Source: Elusimicrobia bacterium RIFCSPLOWO2_12_FULL_59_9
Lineage (GTDB): Bacteria > Elusimicrobiota > Elusimicrobia > O2-12-FULL-59-9
Assembly: GCA_001800185.1 (NCBI GenBank)
Contig: MGUX01000167.1
Span: 19,937 to 56,132, forward strand
Length of the DNA stretch: 36,196 bases
Reading direction: 5' to 3'
In this document: positions 16,771 to 25,222 of the stretch, one piece after another
Numbering within the stretch: the stretch's first letter is position 1
Layout: each line of letters opens with the position of its first letter
Notes under the pieces: generated by a model
Seen by the model: only the letters and a program-made list of their open reading frames with translations
Told to the model about the DNA's origin: nothing
The model's database searches: none
Program-made: the position numbers and the translations under genes

Positions 16771-18414
16771 ATGGAGCACCCAATAAAAATCTTGGTGGTT
16801 GACGACGAGCTTGGAATCCGCGAGCTTCTCTCCTCGGAACTCGGCTCCCGCCAGTACCAGGTGGCGACCGCCGCCAACGGCGAAGAGGCGCTGGAAAAGG
16901 TCAAAAATGAGAAGTTTCATCTCGTGATCAGCGACGTCAGAATGCCCAAAATGGGCGGCCTCGAAATGCTGGAGGCGATTAAAAAGATAGACCCGGACGT
17001 GGAAGTCATCATGTCCACGGGCTACGGAACGATTGAGGCCGCCGTCAGAGCCATGAAAAGAGGCGCCTATGACTTTGTGCTCAAGCCGTTTAAGCTGGAA
17101 CAATTCCTGGCCCTTATCGACCAAGCGCTGGAGAAAAACGACCTGAAGACGCTTCTGGGAATCTACGAAACCAGCAAGGCGATCTCCGCGTCCGTCAAGC
17201 TCGAAACGCTGCTTCCGCTCATGGCGAAGTTTTCCAGCGGAATTCTCGGCGCCGACGACGCTTCAATTATGACGGTCGATCCGGAAGGCGGGCTCTCGCT
17301 GGCGGCGGCCGCCGGTATCGAGGAGGATGGGCGGAAAATGGCCCGCCTGGCGCTGGGAAAGCGCGCGGCGCAAGCGGCGGCGCCGGCCAAACCGGGCGGC
17401 ATGATTTTGGGGCCGTTGGACAAGGACCCGGAATTCGCTGGGTCCCCCCTGCTTCAAGACATACGCTCTTCCATCGTTTTTCCGTTATGCGCGGAGGGAG
17501 AAGTTTTGGGCTTCTTCAACGCCAACCGCACGCGCATGGAAGAACCCTTCACCGCCTCCGAACTCCGCCACGCGGCCATTTTCGCCTCCCAAATCGCGCA
17601 AGTGCTCCACAACGCCAAGCTCTGCCGCCAACTGGAAGAAAAAATCCAGGAAATCCAGAGCATGCGGGATCAGCTTGTCCACACCGAGAAATTGGCGGCC
17701 ATGGGCCATGCGGTCGCGGGAGTGGCTCATGAAATCAACAACCCCTTGACCGGCATCATGGGGTTCGCGGAGCTTTTGCTCAACAGCGGCGGCCTCACCG
17801 CCGAACAGCGCGATGATCTGCAGAGCATCCAGCACCAGAGCCTGCGCTGCGGCAAAATCGTCCGCAATCTCCTGCAGGTCAGCCGAAAGAAAACACCCGG
17901 AGAGGCGGCGGCGCCTCTGGAAAAAATACTGGCGCCGGCTTTGGAACTGTTTAAGCGCGATTTTCAATCGGCCCGCATCGAGATTTTAAAGCATGTGCCG
18001 GAAGACCTGCCGCCGATCCAGGGCGACGCCTCCCAATTGGAGCAGGTCTTCCTCAACATCATCGCCAACGCCCGCCAAGCGATGGAAGGCAAAAGCGGGG
18101 GCGTCCTAAAAATAGAGGCCTGCCGGCAGGGCCGGCGTATTTCTATACGGTTTGAGGACAACGGCTGCGGCATCTCGCCGGAAAATCTGAAAAAAGTGTT
18201 CGACCCGTATTTCACCACCAAACCGGCCGGAAAAGGCACGGGACTGGGGCTGTCCACCTCCCACGGAATTCTCCGGCAGCATCAAGGAACGATCCGGGTC
18301 GAAAGCACAGCCGGAGCCGGCGCCGCTTTTATCGTGGATCTGCCGGCCGGTCCTGAGCCGCCGGAGGATTCGCGGCGGCCGCGGACCCAAGCCGCCGAGG
18401 GGCGCTCGCAATGA
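16771..18414 (+). CDS. soluble hybrid histidine kinase, REC-GAF-DHp-CA
   Basis: ATG 16771 is preceded by AGGAG. REC (ILVVDDE...ISDVRMPKMGG...DFVLKPF), a GAF-like middle region, H-box GVAHEINNPLTGIMGFAELL, N-box NIIANARQAM, G1 EDNGCGI and G2 GKGTGLGLS. Confidence 0.9.
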   Translation: MEHPIKILVVDDELGIRELLSSELGSRQYQVATAANGEEALEKVKNEKFHLVISDVRMPKMGGLEMLEAIKKIDPDVEVIMSTGYGTIEAAVRAMKRGAYDFVLKPFKLEQFLALIDQALEKNDLKTLLGIYETSKAISASVKLETLLPLMAKFSSGILGADDASIMTVDPEGGLSLAAAAGIEEDGRKMARLALGKRAAQAAAPAKPGGMILGPLDKDPEFAGSPLLQDIRSSIVFPLCAEGEVLGFFNANRTRMEEPFTASELRHAAIFASQIAQVLHNAKLCRQLEEKIQEIQSMRDQLVHTEKLAAMGHAVAGVAHEINNPLTGIMGFAELLLNSGGLTAEQRDDLQSIQHQSLRCGKIVRNLLQVSRKKTPGEAAAPLEKILAPALELFKRDFQSARIEILKHVPEDLPPIQGDASQLEQVFLNIIANARQAMEGKSGGVLKIEACRQGRRISIRFEDNGCGISPENLKKVFDPYFTTKPAGKGTGLGLSTSHGILRQHQGTIRVESTAGAGAAFIVDLPAGPEPPEDSRRPRTQAAEGRSQ

Positions 18415-19175
18415 ACGCGCCCGGCCATATCCTTATCGTAGACGACGAACCCGCCATCCTCAGAGTCTGTGAAAGAACTTTATGCCAAATGGGATATCGC
18501 GTCAAAAGCGCGGCCGACAGCCGCGAAGCATTGCGGCAGATGGCGGCGGAAAACTTCGATTTCGTCCTGACGGACCTTGCCATGCCCGAGCCCGCCGACG
18601 GCGAAAGATTGACCGAGGAAATAGCGCGGAGATGGCCCTCGACCGACGTGGTCGTGATGACCGCCTATCCGGCCCTGGAGACCGCCATCCCCGTTCTAAA
18701 AAACGGCGCCCGGGACTATCTGGTCAAACCCATCCGCCCGGAGATTCTGCGATCCGTGGTCTCCCGCTGCTTTGAAAAGCGCCGCCTGTCGGGCGAATTA
18801 GACGGCGCCGAGAATCTGCTCCGGGAGTTGGAGGCGTCCCGCGCCAAACTCGAAAAAGTGGAACGGTTTCAAAAAGAAACGCTTGCCAGGCTTGGACGCG
18901 AACTGACAGGCCCCGTCAGCGCCAGCTTGCTGTCCCTGGAGTCTCTCTCGCAACTGCGTCCCAGCCTTAGAAAAATCAAGCTCTACAAGCTGGCCAGGGC
19001 CCGCCTCGTCGAGCTTCAGGAGCTCATCGAAAATCTGCTATTATTCGCCAAAAACCGCCGGCGGCGCCCGGCCGTTCATCGCTCTCCGACGAATGTGAAG
19101 GGGGTCATCCTGCCCGCGCAAGCGATCCAGGGAAATTCGGCGACCCGCGTCGCGGACTCGCCGGACGGCTCATGA
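18411..19175 (+). CDS. REC + coiled coil + His-less DHp-like domain protein (no catalytic domain)
   Basis: Intact REC (ILIVDDEP, LTDLAMP, DYLVKP). The H-box position reads LARLGRELTGPV where SHELRTPL is expected, so the phospho-acceptor His is Arg. This is followed by a DHp helix-2-like LVELQELIENLLLFAKN. ATGA overlaps occur at both ends. Confidence 0.8.
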   Translation: MNAPGHILIVDDEPAILRVCERTLCQMGYRVKSAADSREALRQMAAENFDFVLTDLAMPEPADGERLTEEIARRWPSTDVVVMTAYPALETAIPVLKNGARDYLVKPIRPEILRSVVSRCFEKRRLSGELDGAENLLRELEASRAKLEKVERFQKETLARLGRELTGPVSASLLSLESLSQLRPSLRKIKLYKLARARLVELQELIENLLLFAKNRRRRPAVHRSPTNVKGVILPAQAIQGNSATRVADSPDGS

Positions 19176-19893
19176 CGCAAAAAACAGCCCGTCCAGCCGT
19201 GCTTCTGGCCGCAGTCGCGGCAAGCGCCATTTTATCCTGGGTTTCGCCCAATCGGCCGCGAAAAGAATCAAGGACTCCGACGCGCTCTCGCTGCCGTTGA
19301 AATCCATCGAAAGGGAGGCGCTGCGCTGCATGAACCTGGTGCAGAACCTGCTCGCCTTTTCCAGGCAAAACAAGCCCGAGATGATGGAGTTCGACCTCAA
19401 TGAGACCGTGGAGGACACGCTCAGCATCGTCGAGGCGCAGGCGCGGCTTAAATCCGTGGAGATCGTCAAGGAGTTGGCGCCGCTGGAGCCGTTCTACGGC
19501 GACAACAATCAACTCCAGCAAGCCCTCGTCAATCTCTGCAACAACGCCATCGACGCGCTGCCGCAAAGCGGCAGGATCGTGATCCGCACCCGAAAAGGCG
19601 CCGCCCCAAGCGGCCACGGGATTGTTCTGGAGGTGGAAGACAACGGCGCCGGAATCCCGGAGGAAATTCGGGACAAGATATTCAATCCGTTTTTCACCAC
19701 CAAGGAAGTGGGAAAGGGCACCGGCTTGGGCTTGGCTTTGACTCACGATATCATCGAGAGGCACCAGGGAACGATTGAAGTCAAAAGCGCCGTGGGTCGC
19801 GGAACGACTTTCACCGTGTTTCTTCCCGCTAATAATTCGGCGACTCCACAGAAAAACGGCCGCGGCAGTTCCAACCTTCCGAGTCCATCATAA
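19172..19893 (+). pseudogene. frame-disrupted histidine-kinase-like gene (degenerate H-box + intact HATPase_c)
   Basis: ATG 19172 overlaps the upstream TGA and encodes MTQKTARPAVLLAAVAASAI. This aligns with EKLAAMGHAVAGVAHEIN of the neighbouring kinase, with His replaced by Ala. That frame stops at 19298-19300. The -1 frame continues ..ILGFAQSAAKR...LVQNLLAFSR and a complete CA domain ([36 protein letters not shown]). A small deletion plus frameshift lies near 19229-19240. The CA part could alternatively be made from TTG 19297 or ATG 19330. Confidence 0.55.
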
Positions 19894-19985
19894 AAAAACT
19901 AAAAATTTTCATGGTCCCGATGACCGCAATACGGCATAAAACCGGCGATTGCGGCTCAAATTCCGAATATGTTAGGCTGTTATTG

Positions 19986-20432
19986 ATGAAATATCGCGCT
20001 CTCGGTTTGGTTGCGGCCTTTCTTTTCGCTTTTTCCTTTTCTCCAGCGGCATTTGGCGCGGACGCGGCGCCGCAAAACGGCGTTAAATCGCGGCCGGCGG
20101 ATCGCCGCGACTTACGGCGCCTTCAAAAGGACTTAAAGCTTATCGCCGAGTCTCTGGCGGACCAGGTGGACGTGGAAGAAGAGGCGGAGCAATCCCTGGA
20201 TTTCTTGTCCAAAGAGGGCCTGGATCGCCAGGAGAGATTGGCGCAGAGCGGAAACATCGATCCTCAACTGGCCCCCGCGCTGGCGCGTCTCAACAAGCTT
20301 TTTGTTTCCCTGCCGCAAAAAAAATACGCCGAGCCTTACGGCGCGGAGTTGGTCCGGGCGCTGGCCCATGAAATCCGCTGGATCGCCGACAAAGCCAAGA
20401 CCAAAAAACAGCTTTTAAAAATGCTCGATTAG
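19986..20432 (+). CDS. secreted helical hypothetical protein
   Basis: Internal ATG gives MKYRALGLVAAFLFAFSFSPAAFGADA (signal peptide) followed by charged helical sequence. I recognise no family. Confidence 0.55.
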   Translation: MKYRALGLVAAFLFAFSFSPAAFGADAAPQNGVKSRPADRRDLRRLQKDLKLIAESLADQVDVEEEAEQSLDFLSKEGLDRQERLAQSGNIDPQLAPALARLNKLFVSLPQKKYAEPYGAELVRALAHEIRWIADKAKTKKQLLKMLD

Positions 20433-20489
20433 CGCCTCGTCCTTCCGGAGTCCATCGAGACCCAGGATTTTCTAAAAACCGACGTCCCG

Positions 20490-20921
20490 GTGGATGAGTT
20501 CGTCGCCCAAGGGCCGCTGCGGGTCTTCGCGGCCAAGCACAGGCTCCACCAGCCCGCGAGCTACCTGCCGACCACCGCGCAGGACATCGTCTCCGGCAAG
20601 CACAACGTCCAGATCGGCGTGGAGATCACCGCCGTGGTGACGCGCCACTACGCCAAGTTCTCCATCGACGGCGATTACACCTTTGACGTCGGCGACCTCC
20701 ACATCGAGATCACCCCCGAATGGGCCGACGCCCACCCGGACATGCATTTGCCGGAAGGCGGTCAGCGCGTCAAAGTTCGCGGCTGGACTTACTACGATAT
20801 TTTTCACGATGAAGAGGCCGAGTACGACCCGGCCGATCCCATCCTTGGAATCAACCGCGTCACCGTTTGGGAAATCCATCCGGTCATGAGCGTCGAACTC
20901 CTCCCGCCCGACACGCCCTAA
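20490..20921 (+). CDS. hypothetical protein
   Basis: 143-aa ORF with a GTG start and protein-like composition (GWTYYDIFHDEEAEYDPADP...VWEIHPV). The antisense ORF 20472-20879 is a Gly/Val/Asp/Arg-rich shadow. No family assignment. Confidence 0.45.
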   Translation: MDEFVAQGPLRVFAAKHRLHQPASYLPTTAQDIVSGKHNVQIGVEITAVVTRHYAKFSIDGDYTFDVGDLHIEITPEWADAHPDMHLPEGGQRVKVRGWTYYDIFHDEEAEYDPADPILGINRVTVWEIHPVMSVELLPPDTP

Positions 20922-20998
20922 CCTCCGGTCCCATGCCGGCGCCGTCGTCGATTCAAAAATCTTGGCCGCGCGTTGAGACCCGCCGATTCCTTGTGCTA

Positions 20999-22133
20999 GT
21001 GTAGTGATTCATAATTAACTTGACAATAACCCTCGACGAGAGCTATCATATGCATCATGCACCTCGCTCCACCCATCCTCTTGTCCCCGGGAGAACGGTC
21101 CACTTTGGCCGCGTGGGCACATGCGAAGAGCCAACCATTACGGGTTATTCAGCGCGCGCATATCATCACCATGGCTGCTAACGGCGTGACCAGCCAAGAC
21201 ATTGCGGAACAGTTGGGAATTTCTCGGCCAACGGTGCAACTGTGGCGAGAGCGATTCCTCGCCCTCCGAGTGGCCGGACTCGAGAAAGATGCTCCACGCC
21301 CCGGCCGCATCCCGACCATTTCCGACAGCAAGGTCCGAGCCATCGTTGAAGCCACTCTGCACACGAAACCACCCACTGCAACTCACTGGAGCACTCGAAC
21401 TATGGCCGAGGCCCAAGGCGTCAGCCAACCCACAGTTCACCGAATATGGAAGCAGCATAACCTCAAGCCGCACTTGGTCAAGACTTTTAAGATCAGCCGC
21501 GACAAACATTTTATCGAGAAGCTCTACGATGTAGTCGGGCCTTATCTCAATCCTCCGGACAAATCCATTGTCCTGTGTGTCGACGAGAAAAGCCAAATCC
21601 AAGCCCTCGATCGCACCCAGCCAGGCTTACCAATCAAGAAGGGGCGCTGCGGCACGATGACGCATGATTACAAGCGCAACGGCACGACTACTTTGTTCGC
21701 GGCTCTCAGCATGCTCGATGGCAAGGTGATTGGCGAATGTATGCCGCGCCATCGGCATCAAGAGTTCATCCGCTTCCTCAAAAAGATCGATAGCGAGACT
21801 CCTTCTGGGTTCGATCTGCACATCATCGCCGACAACTACGCGACCCATAAGCATCCGCGCGTCAAATCCTGGCTGCAACGAAATCCGCGGTTCCATCTAC
21901 ACTTCATCCCAACTTCCAGTTCTTGGGTCAACATGGTGGAGCGCTGGTTCCGCGAAATCACCGACAAGCGCATCCGGCGCGGCATCTTCAAAAACGTGCC
22001 GGAGTTGATCGCCGCCATCCAAGAGTACCTGGACAATCATAACCAGAACCCACGCATCTTTACGTGGACCGCGTCCGTTGAACAGATTTTGGCGAAGGTC
22101 GCCAAATGTAAAGAAGCGTTGGTATCACTACAC
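20999..22133 (+). mobile_element. IS630-family insertion sequence (about 1.13 kb) in a CTAG target with TA duplication
   Basis: Ends GTGTAGTGAT...ATCACTACAC (terminal inverted repeats). Flanks read c-TA-[IS]-TA-g, the classical IS630/Tc1-mariner CTAG target with TA duplication. One DDE transposase ORF fills the element. Confidence 0.88.
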
Positions 22134-22136
22134 TAG
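21057..22136 (+). CDS. IS630-family DDE transposase
   Basis: N-terminal HTH (SQDIAEQLGISRPTVQLWRERF), second HTH (GVSQPTVHRIWKQHNLKPH), and DDE triad context VDEKSQIQAL / IIADNYATHKH / SSWVNMVERWF. The stop codon TAG is formed with the flanking TA duplication. Confidence 0.93.
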   Translation: MHLAPPILLSPGERSTLAAWAHAKSQPLRVIQRAHIITMAANGVTSQDIAEQLGISRPTVQLWRERFLALRVAGLEKDAPRPGRIPTISDSKVRAIVEATLHTKPPTATHWSTRTMAEAQGVSQPTVHRIWKQHNLKPHLVKTFKISRDKHFIEKLYDVVGPYLNPPDKSIVLCVDEKSQIQALDRTQPGLPIKKGRCGTMTHDYKRNGTTTLFAALSMLDGKVIGECMPRHRHQEFIRFLKKIDSETPSGFDLHIIADNYATHKHPRVKSWLQRNPRFHLHFIPTSSSWVNMVERWFREITDKRIRRGIFKNVPELIAAIQEYLDNHNQNPRIFTWTASVEQILAKVAKCKEALVSLH

Positions 22137-22183
22137 AATGGCCTTGCCCCGGTCAGGGGTCGCGTCGAGTAATGGAGGCAATC

Positions 22184-23053
22184 ATGAAAATAAATCGAGC
22201 GGCGTTGTCGGCGGCTTTAAGCGTTCTGCTGACGCTTTGCGGCGGCGGCGCGATGGCGCAGCAATCCAATTTTCAACTCTCTCCGGCGCCGATTCCATAC
22301 CCTTATTTCGAGCCGGGCCGCGCCGATTATAAACTTACCGGCAGCTACTTCACTATTTCGGCCGACCAACTCAGCTTCCGGGGAGGCGGCTTAAACGTCA
22401 TCGGCCGCAAGGCCTTCAGCGAGGCGGCGGCCCTGGACGGACAGATCGGTTTCCTCGCCATGAACGGGGAAATGCCGGGCTTCGCCCTTCCATTTTTATA
22501 CTCAGGCAGCGTATGGACGCCCGTCATTGACGGCAAAGGCAAGCTCACCGGCTTCAGCCTGCCTTTGAGCATGAACTTGGAGATTCAGCCAGCCAACGGC
22601 CACGCCGGGAGCTTGATTTTCTTCGGCGGGCCCAACGTGGCCATTTCCAGCCTCCTCATCCAGACGCCCTACCACGCTGTGGCGGGAGTGACGCCGGCCG
22701 CCAAGACCCTCTTCGAAGCGAGGGCCACGACCGGCCTCATGGGACTTCAGGGAGGAGTCCAGGCCGCCGTCAACCTGGGGCCCTTCAAAATCGCGCCTTT
22801 CGCCGTGATGGTGGCCGAGCGCGGGACGGTGACCTTCACCTTCCACAACGGTTACCGCGGCACCGACACTCTGGTGAAAGACTCGGTGGTGGACATCGAG
22901 CCCTTCACTCTCACCAGCTTCGGCGCGGACATCATCTTCATGCCGTGGAATCTTTCGTTGGGAACCCTATGGCAGCAGGCCGCCGCCAAGAAAAGTCAGG
23001 ACGGCTACAAGACCTTTTTGATGCAGCTCTCCTGGCATTTCCGCTCCTCATGA
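22184..23053 (+). CDS. secreted protein, probable outer-membrane beta-barrel
   Basis: ATG 22184 lies 5 nt after GGAGG. Signal peptide MKINRAALSAALSVLLTLCGGGAMAQQ, alternating-hydrophobicity strands throughout and an aromatic near-C-terminal LSWHF. Confidence 0.65.
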   Translation: MKINRAALSAALSVLLTLCGGGAMAQQSNFQLSPAPIPYPYFEPGRADYKLTGSYFTISADQLSFRGGGLNVIGRKAFSEAAALDGQIGFLAMNGEMPGFALPFLYSGSVWTPVIDGKGKLTGFSLPLSMNLEIQPANGHAGSLIFFGGPNVAISSLLIQTPYHAVAGVTPAAKTLFEARATTGLMGLQGGVQAAVNLGPFKIAPFAVMVAERGTVTFTFHNGYRGTDTLVKDSVVDIEPFTLTSFGADIIFMPWNLSLGTLWQQAAAKKSQDGYKTFLMQLSWHFRSS

Positions 23054-23682
23054 GCCGCCGGAAAGCGCGTCTTCTTTGGGGCGCCGGAGTCGCAGCCTTG
23101 GCCTGCGCGGCGTCGGCCGGCTGCGCGGCGGGTCCCCGGCAATACCTCAAGACGGGTTTTACGCCTCCCGAGCGCGTCGCCGTTTTGCCCTTGAACAACC
23201 ACACCACGGACTTGGACGGCCCCCAAGTCGCGCGCTACTGGTTCGACCGGCGGCTCTCTGAAAAAAAGAATTACCGCACGCTGCCGCTGGAGGAGGTCGA
23301 CGCGAGACTCAAGGAGCTTGGCATCACCGACGGCGGGCAGTTGGAGTCGGTCACGCCCCGCGAGTTGGGCGCGGCGCTCTCCGCGCCGGCGGTGATTTAC
23401 GGAGAACTGCTGGATTTTAATTATCAAACGACGGGCTTTCTCAACGTCCGCAAGGCGCGGGCTCGCTTTAAAATGGTGGACTGCGCCACGGGCGAGACGC
23501 TCTGGGAGAACGAAGGCCTGGGCGTGAACTCAAGCGGCGCGCTGTCTGCCTCCGGAGCCCTTCAGGCCGGCCTGGAGCAGCTCGGCAAGCAGTTGGCGGA
23601 AAAGGCGTTCCGAAGTCCCTTGAAGACCGAAACCATGGACATGGTTTGGAACGCCATCCAATACCTTCCCCGGGGCCGCTGA
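23050..23682 (+). CDS. lipoprotein, DUF799/GNA1162-like
   Basis: ATGA overlap with the upstream gene. Lipobox ACAASAGC, then VAVLPLNNHT...APAVIYGELLDFN...ARFKMVDCATGETLWE, which resembles the DUF799/LpoB-like lipoprotein fold family. The assignment is by memory of the family pattern only. Confidence 0.6.
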   Translation: MSRRKARLLWGAGVAALACAASAGCAAGPRQYLKTGFTPPERVAVLPLNNHTTDLDGPQVARYWFDRRLSEKKNYRTLPLEEVDARLKELGITDGGQLESVTPRELGAALSAPAVIYGELLDFNYQTTGFLNVRKARARFKMVDCATGETLWENEGLGVNSSGALSASGALQAGLEQLGKQLAEKAFRSPLKTETMDMVWNAIQYLPRGR

Positions 23683-23687
23683 CCAGC

Positions 23688-24107
23688 TTATTTTTCGATG
23701 GCGATGGATTTGATCTCGTCGCCCTTGACGATGGCGTTGACGACGTCCATGTCGAGCGTGCGCCCGAAGACGGTGTGCACTCCGTCCAAGTGCGGGGTCG
23801 CGATGTGGGTGATTAAAAACTGGCTTCCGCCCGTGTCCTTGCCCGCGTGGGCCATCGACAGGGTCCCCGGATAGTGCTTTTGGGAGTTGATCTCGCATTT
23901 GATCTTGTAGCCAGGGCCGCCGGTGCCGGTGCCCAGAGGGCATCCCCCCTGGATCATGAAATTCTTGATTACCCGGTGGAATGTCAGCCCGTCGTAGAAG
24001 CCGTCTCCGGCCAGCTTGACGAAATTCTTGACCGTGTTGGGAGCGTCTTTGTCAAAGAGCTCCAGATGAATCTTTCCCTTGCTCGTTTCCATAATCGCTT
24101 TCGCCAT
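23688..24107 (-). CDS. cyclophilin-type peptidyl-prolyl cis-trans isomerase
   Basis: Internal ATG behind GGAGGAGG. Motifs are [48 protein letters not shown] and HTVFG. Confidence 0.92.
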   Translation of the reverse strand: MAKAIMETSKGKIHLELFDKDAPNTVKNFVKLAGDGFYDGLTFHRVIKNFMIQGGCPLGTGTGGPGYKIKCEINSQKHYPGTLSMAHAGKDTGGSQFLITHIATPHLDGVHTVFGRTLDMDVVNAIVKGDEIKSIAIEK

Positions 24108-24175
24108 AGTTTCCTCCTCCTTGGTTCCGCATATTTTAGATAAATCTGAGCGCCCTGATAAGGCCCTGCGCGGTT

Positions 24176-24204
24176 TTGATTTCATCCGACTCTTGTGCTA
24201 AACT
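24176..24204 (+). promoter_or_regulatory. candidate sigma70 promoter of the MNT/HEPN pair
   Basis: TTGATT - 17 nt - TAAACT, with TG at the extended -10 position (TGcTAAACT), about 40 nt upstream of ATG 24243. Confidence 0.4.
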
Positions 24205-24242
24205 CACCTGAGGCCGGCGCTGACGGAATCGCGGTATTTCCC

Positions 24243-24566
24243 ATGCAAAAACCACAAATTGATCTTGATCGAGAAATTGTAAAAGAAATCATCAAGACCA
24301 TCTTGAACTACAAAAATGTGGACAAAGTCGTTCTCTTCGGATCCCGCGCGAGCGCCACTTCCCGGGAAACATCCGACATCGACATAGCCATTTTCGCCAA
24401 ACCATGGTCGGACAAGGACACGAACATGGTGAAGCATCTGCTGGATGAATCGGTAAGCACTCCGCTGAAATTTGACGTAGTTCATTTCGGCGCCGTCGCC
24501 AAATCCGCGCTTCGCCGGGCGATAGTGACTCAAGGCAAGGTGATCTATGAATCGCGAGAGGATTAA
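24243..24566 (+). CDS. minimal nucleotidyltransferase (MNT), HI0073-like antitoxin-type
   Basis: LFGSRASATSRETSDIDIAIF is the GS-x(n)-D-x-D Pol-beta-type NTase motif. The small size and 20-nt overlap with a HEPN gene also fit. Confidence 0.85.
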   Translation: MQKPQIDLDREIVKEIIKTILNYKNVDKVVLFGSRASATSRETSDIDIAIFAKPWSDKDTNMVKHLLDESVSTPLKFDVVHFGAVAKSALRRAIVTQGKVIYESRED

Positions 24567-24945
24567 GGAGATTTACCTCGATTATAAAAAGGCCTTGGAG
24601 AGGCTTAAGGCCGCCTTAAATGAGGACACGGCCAAGGGAAGCATCATCGTCGACGGCACGATCCAGCGATTTGAGTTTTGCTTCGAGCTGGCATGGAAAC
24701 TGGCCAAGGCGCTGTTGAGCTTCGGCGGAATTGAGGCGGGCACGCCGAGGATGGTGGTCAAGGAGGCCCATCAAGCCAATCTGATAAAAGACGGGCAGGG
24801 TTGGATCGACATGCTGGAAGATAGGAACAAGACGTCCCACATTTACGATGAGAAACAAGCGCTCAGGATTTACAAAAAGATCAAAGGGAGTCATTTCAAG
24901 CTTCTGTCGAATTTTTGCAAAGCCGTCGATACAGACGCCCTGTAG
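24547..24945 (+). CDS. HEPN-domain protein, HI0074 (nucleotidyltransferase substrate-binding) family
   Basis: IQRFEFCFELAWKLAKALL and an Rx4H motif (DRNKTSHIYDE), characteristic of HI0074-type HEPN proteins. Confidence 0.85.
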   Translation: MNRERIKEIYLDYKKALERLKAALNEDTAKGSIIVDGTIQRFEFCFELAWKLAKALLSFGGIEAGTPRMVVKEAHQANLIKDGQGWIDMLEDRNKTSHIYDEKQALRIYKKIKGSHFKLLSNFCKAVDTDAL

Positions 24946-24956
24946 CCGGAAAACCA

Positions 24957-24983
24957 CGCGACCGCGCCCAGTCCGCGGTCGCG
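24957..24983 (+). terminator. 10-bp perfect GC hairpin after the HEPN gene (no U-tract)
   Basis: CGCGACCGCG-cccagtc-CGCGGTCGCG, 12 nt after the stop codon. The lack of a T-run makes intrinsic termination uncertain. Confidence 0.3.
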
Positions 24984-25151
24984 GCGTCCCCAACCTCCAA
25001 ATTAACTCTCGCCGGCCCGCCGCATAAGTTCCCCGCCGCACCGCGTCCTCCACCTGAAGCGCCAATGGCGCGCGGACTGACCGCCGGACTTGCCGCCGCT
25101 CAAGTTGAAAACGCCGGCCCCCCGCTCCCTGCATTTTTTGACGCAGCCTTT

Positions 25152-25160
25152 TGGTACAAT
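25152..25160 (+). promoter_or_regulatory. candidate extended -10 element (TGgTACAAT) for the liv operon
   Basis: It lies about 60 nt upstream of ATG 25223. The nearby TTGACG is only 11 nt away, so it cannot serve as a -35. Two leader hairpins follow (CTCCGC..GCGGAG, GGCGCT..AGCGCC). Confidence 0.3.
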
Positions 25161-25222
25161 GGGAACTCCGCCGCCATAAAAAGAGCGGAGCCGGCGCTTG
25201 AGCGCCGCAGCGAGGCGAGACA

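Noticed and set aside
19225-19240. Programmed -1 ribosomal frameshift joining the two frames of the last kinase-like gene.
   Set aside because: There is no X XXY YYZ slippery heptamer and no obvious downstream stimulatory structure. The H-box region is also several codons too short, which indicates a deletion rather than recoding.
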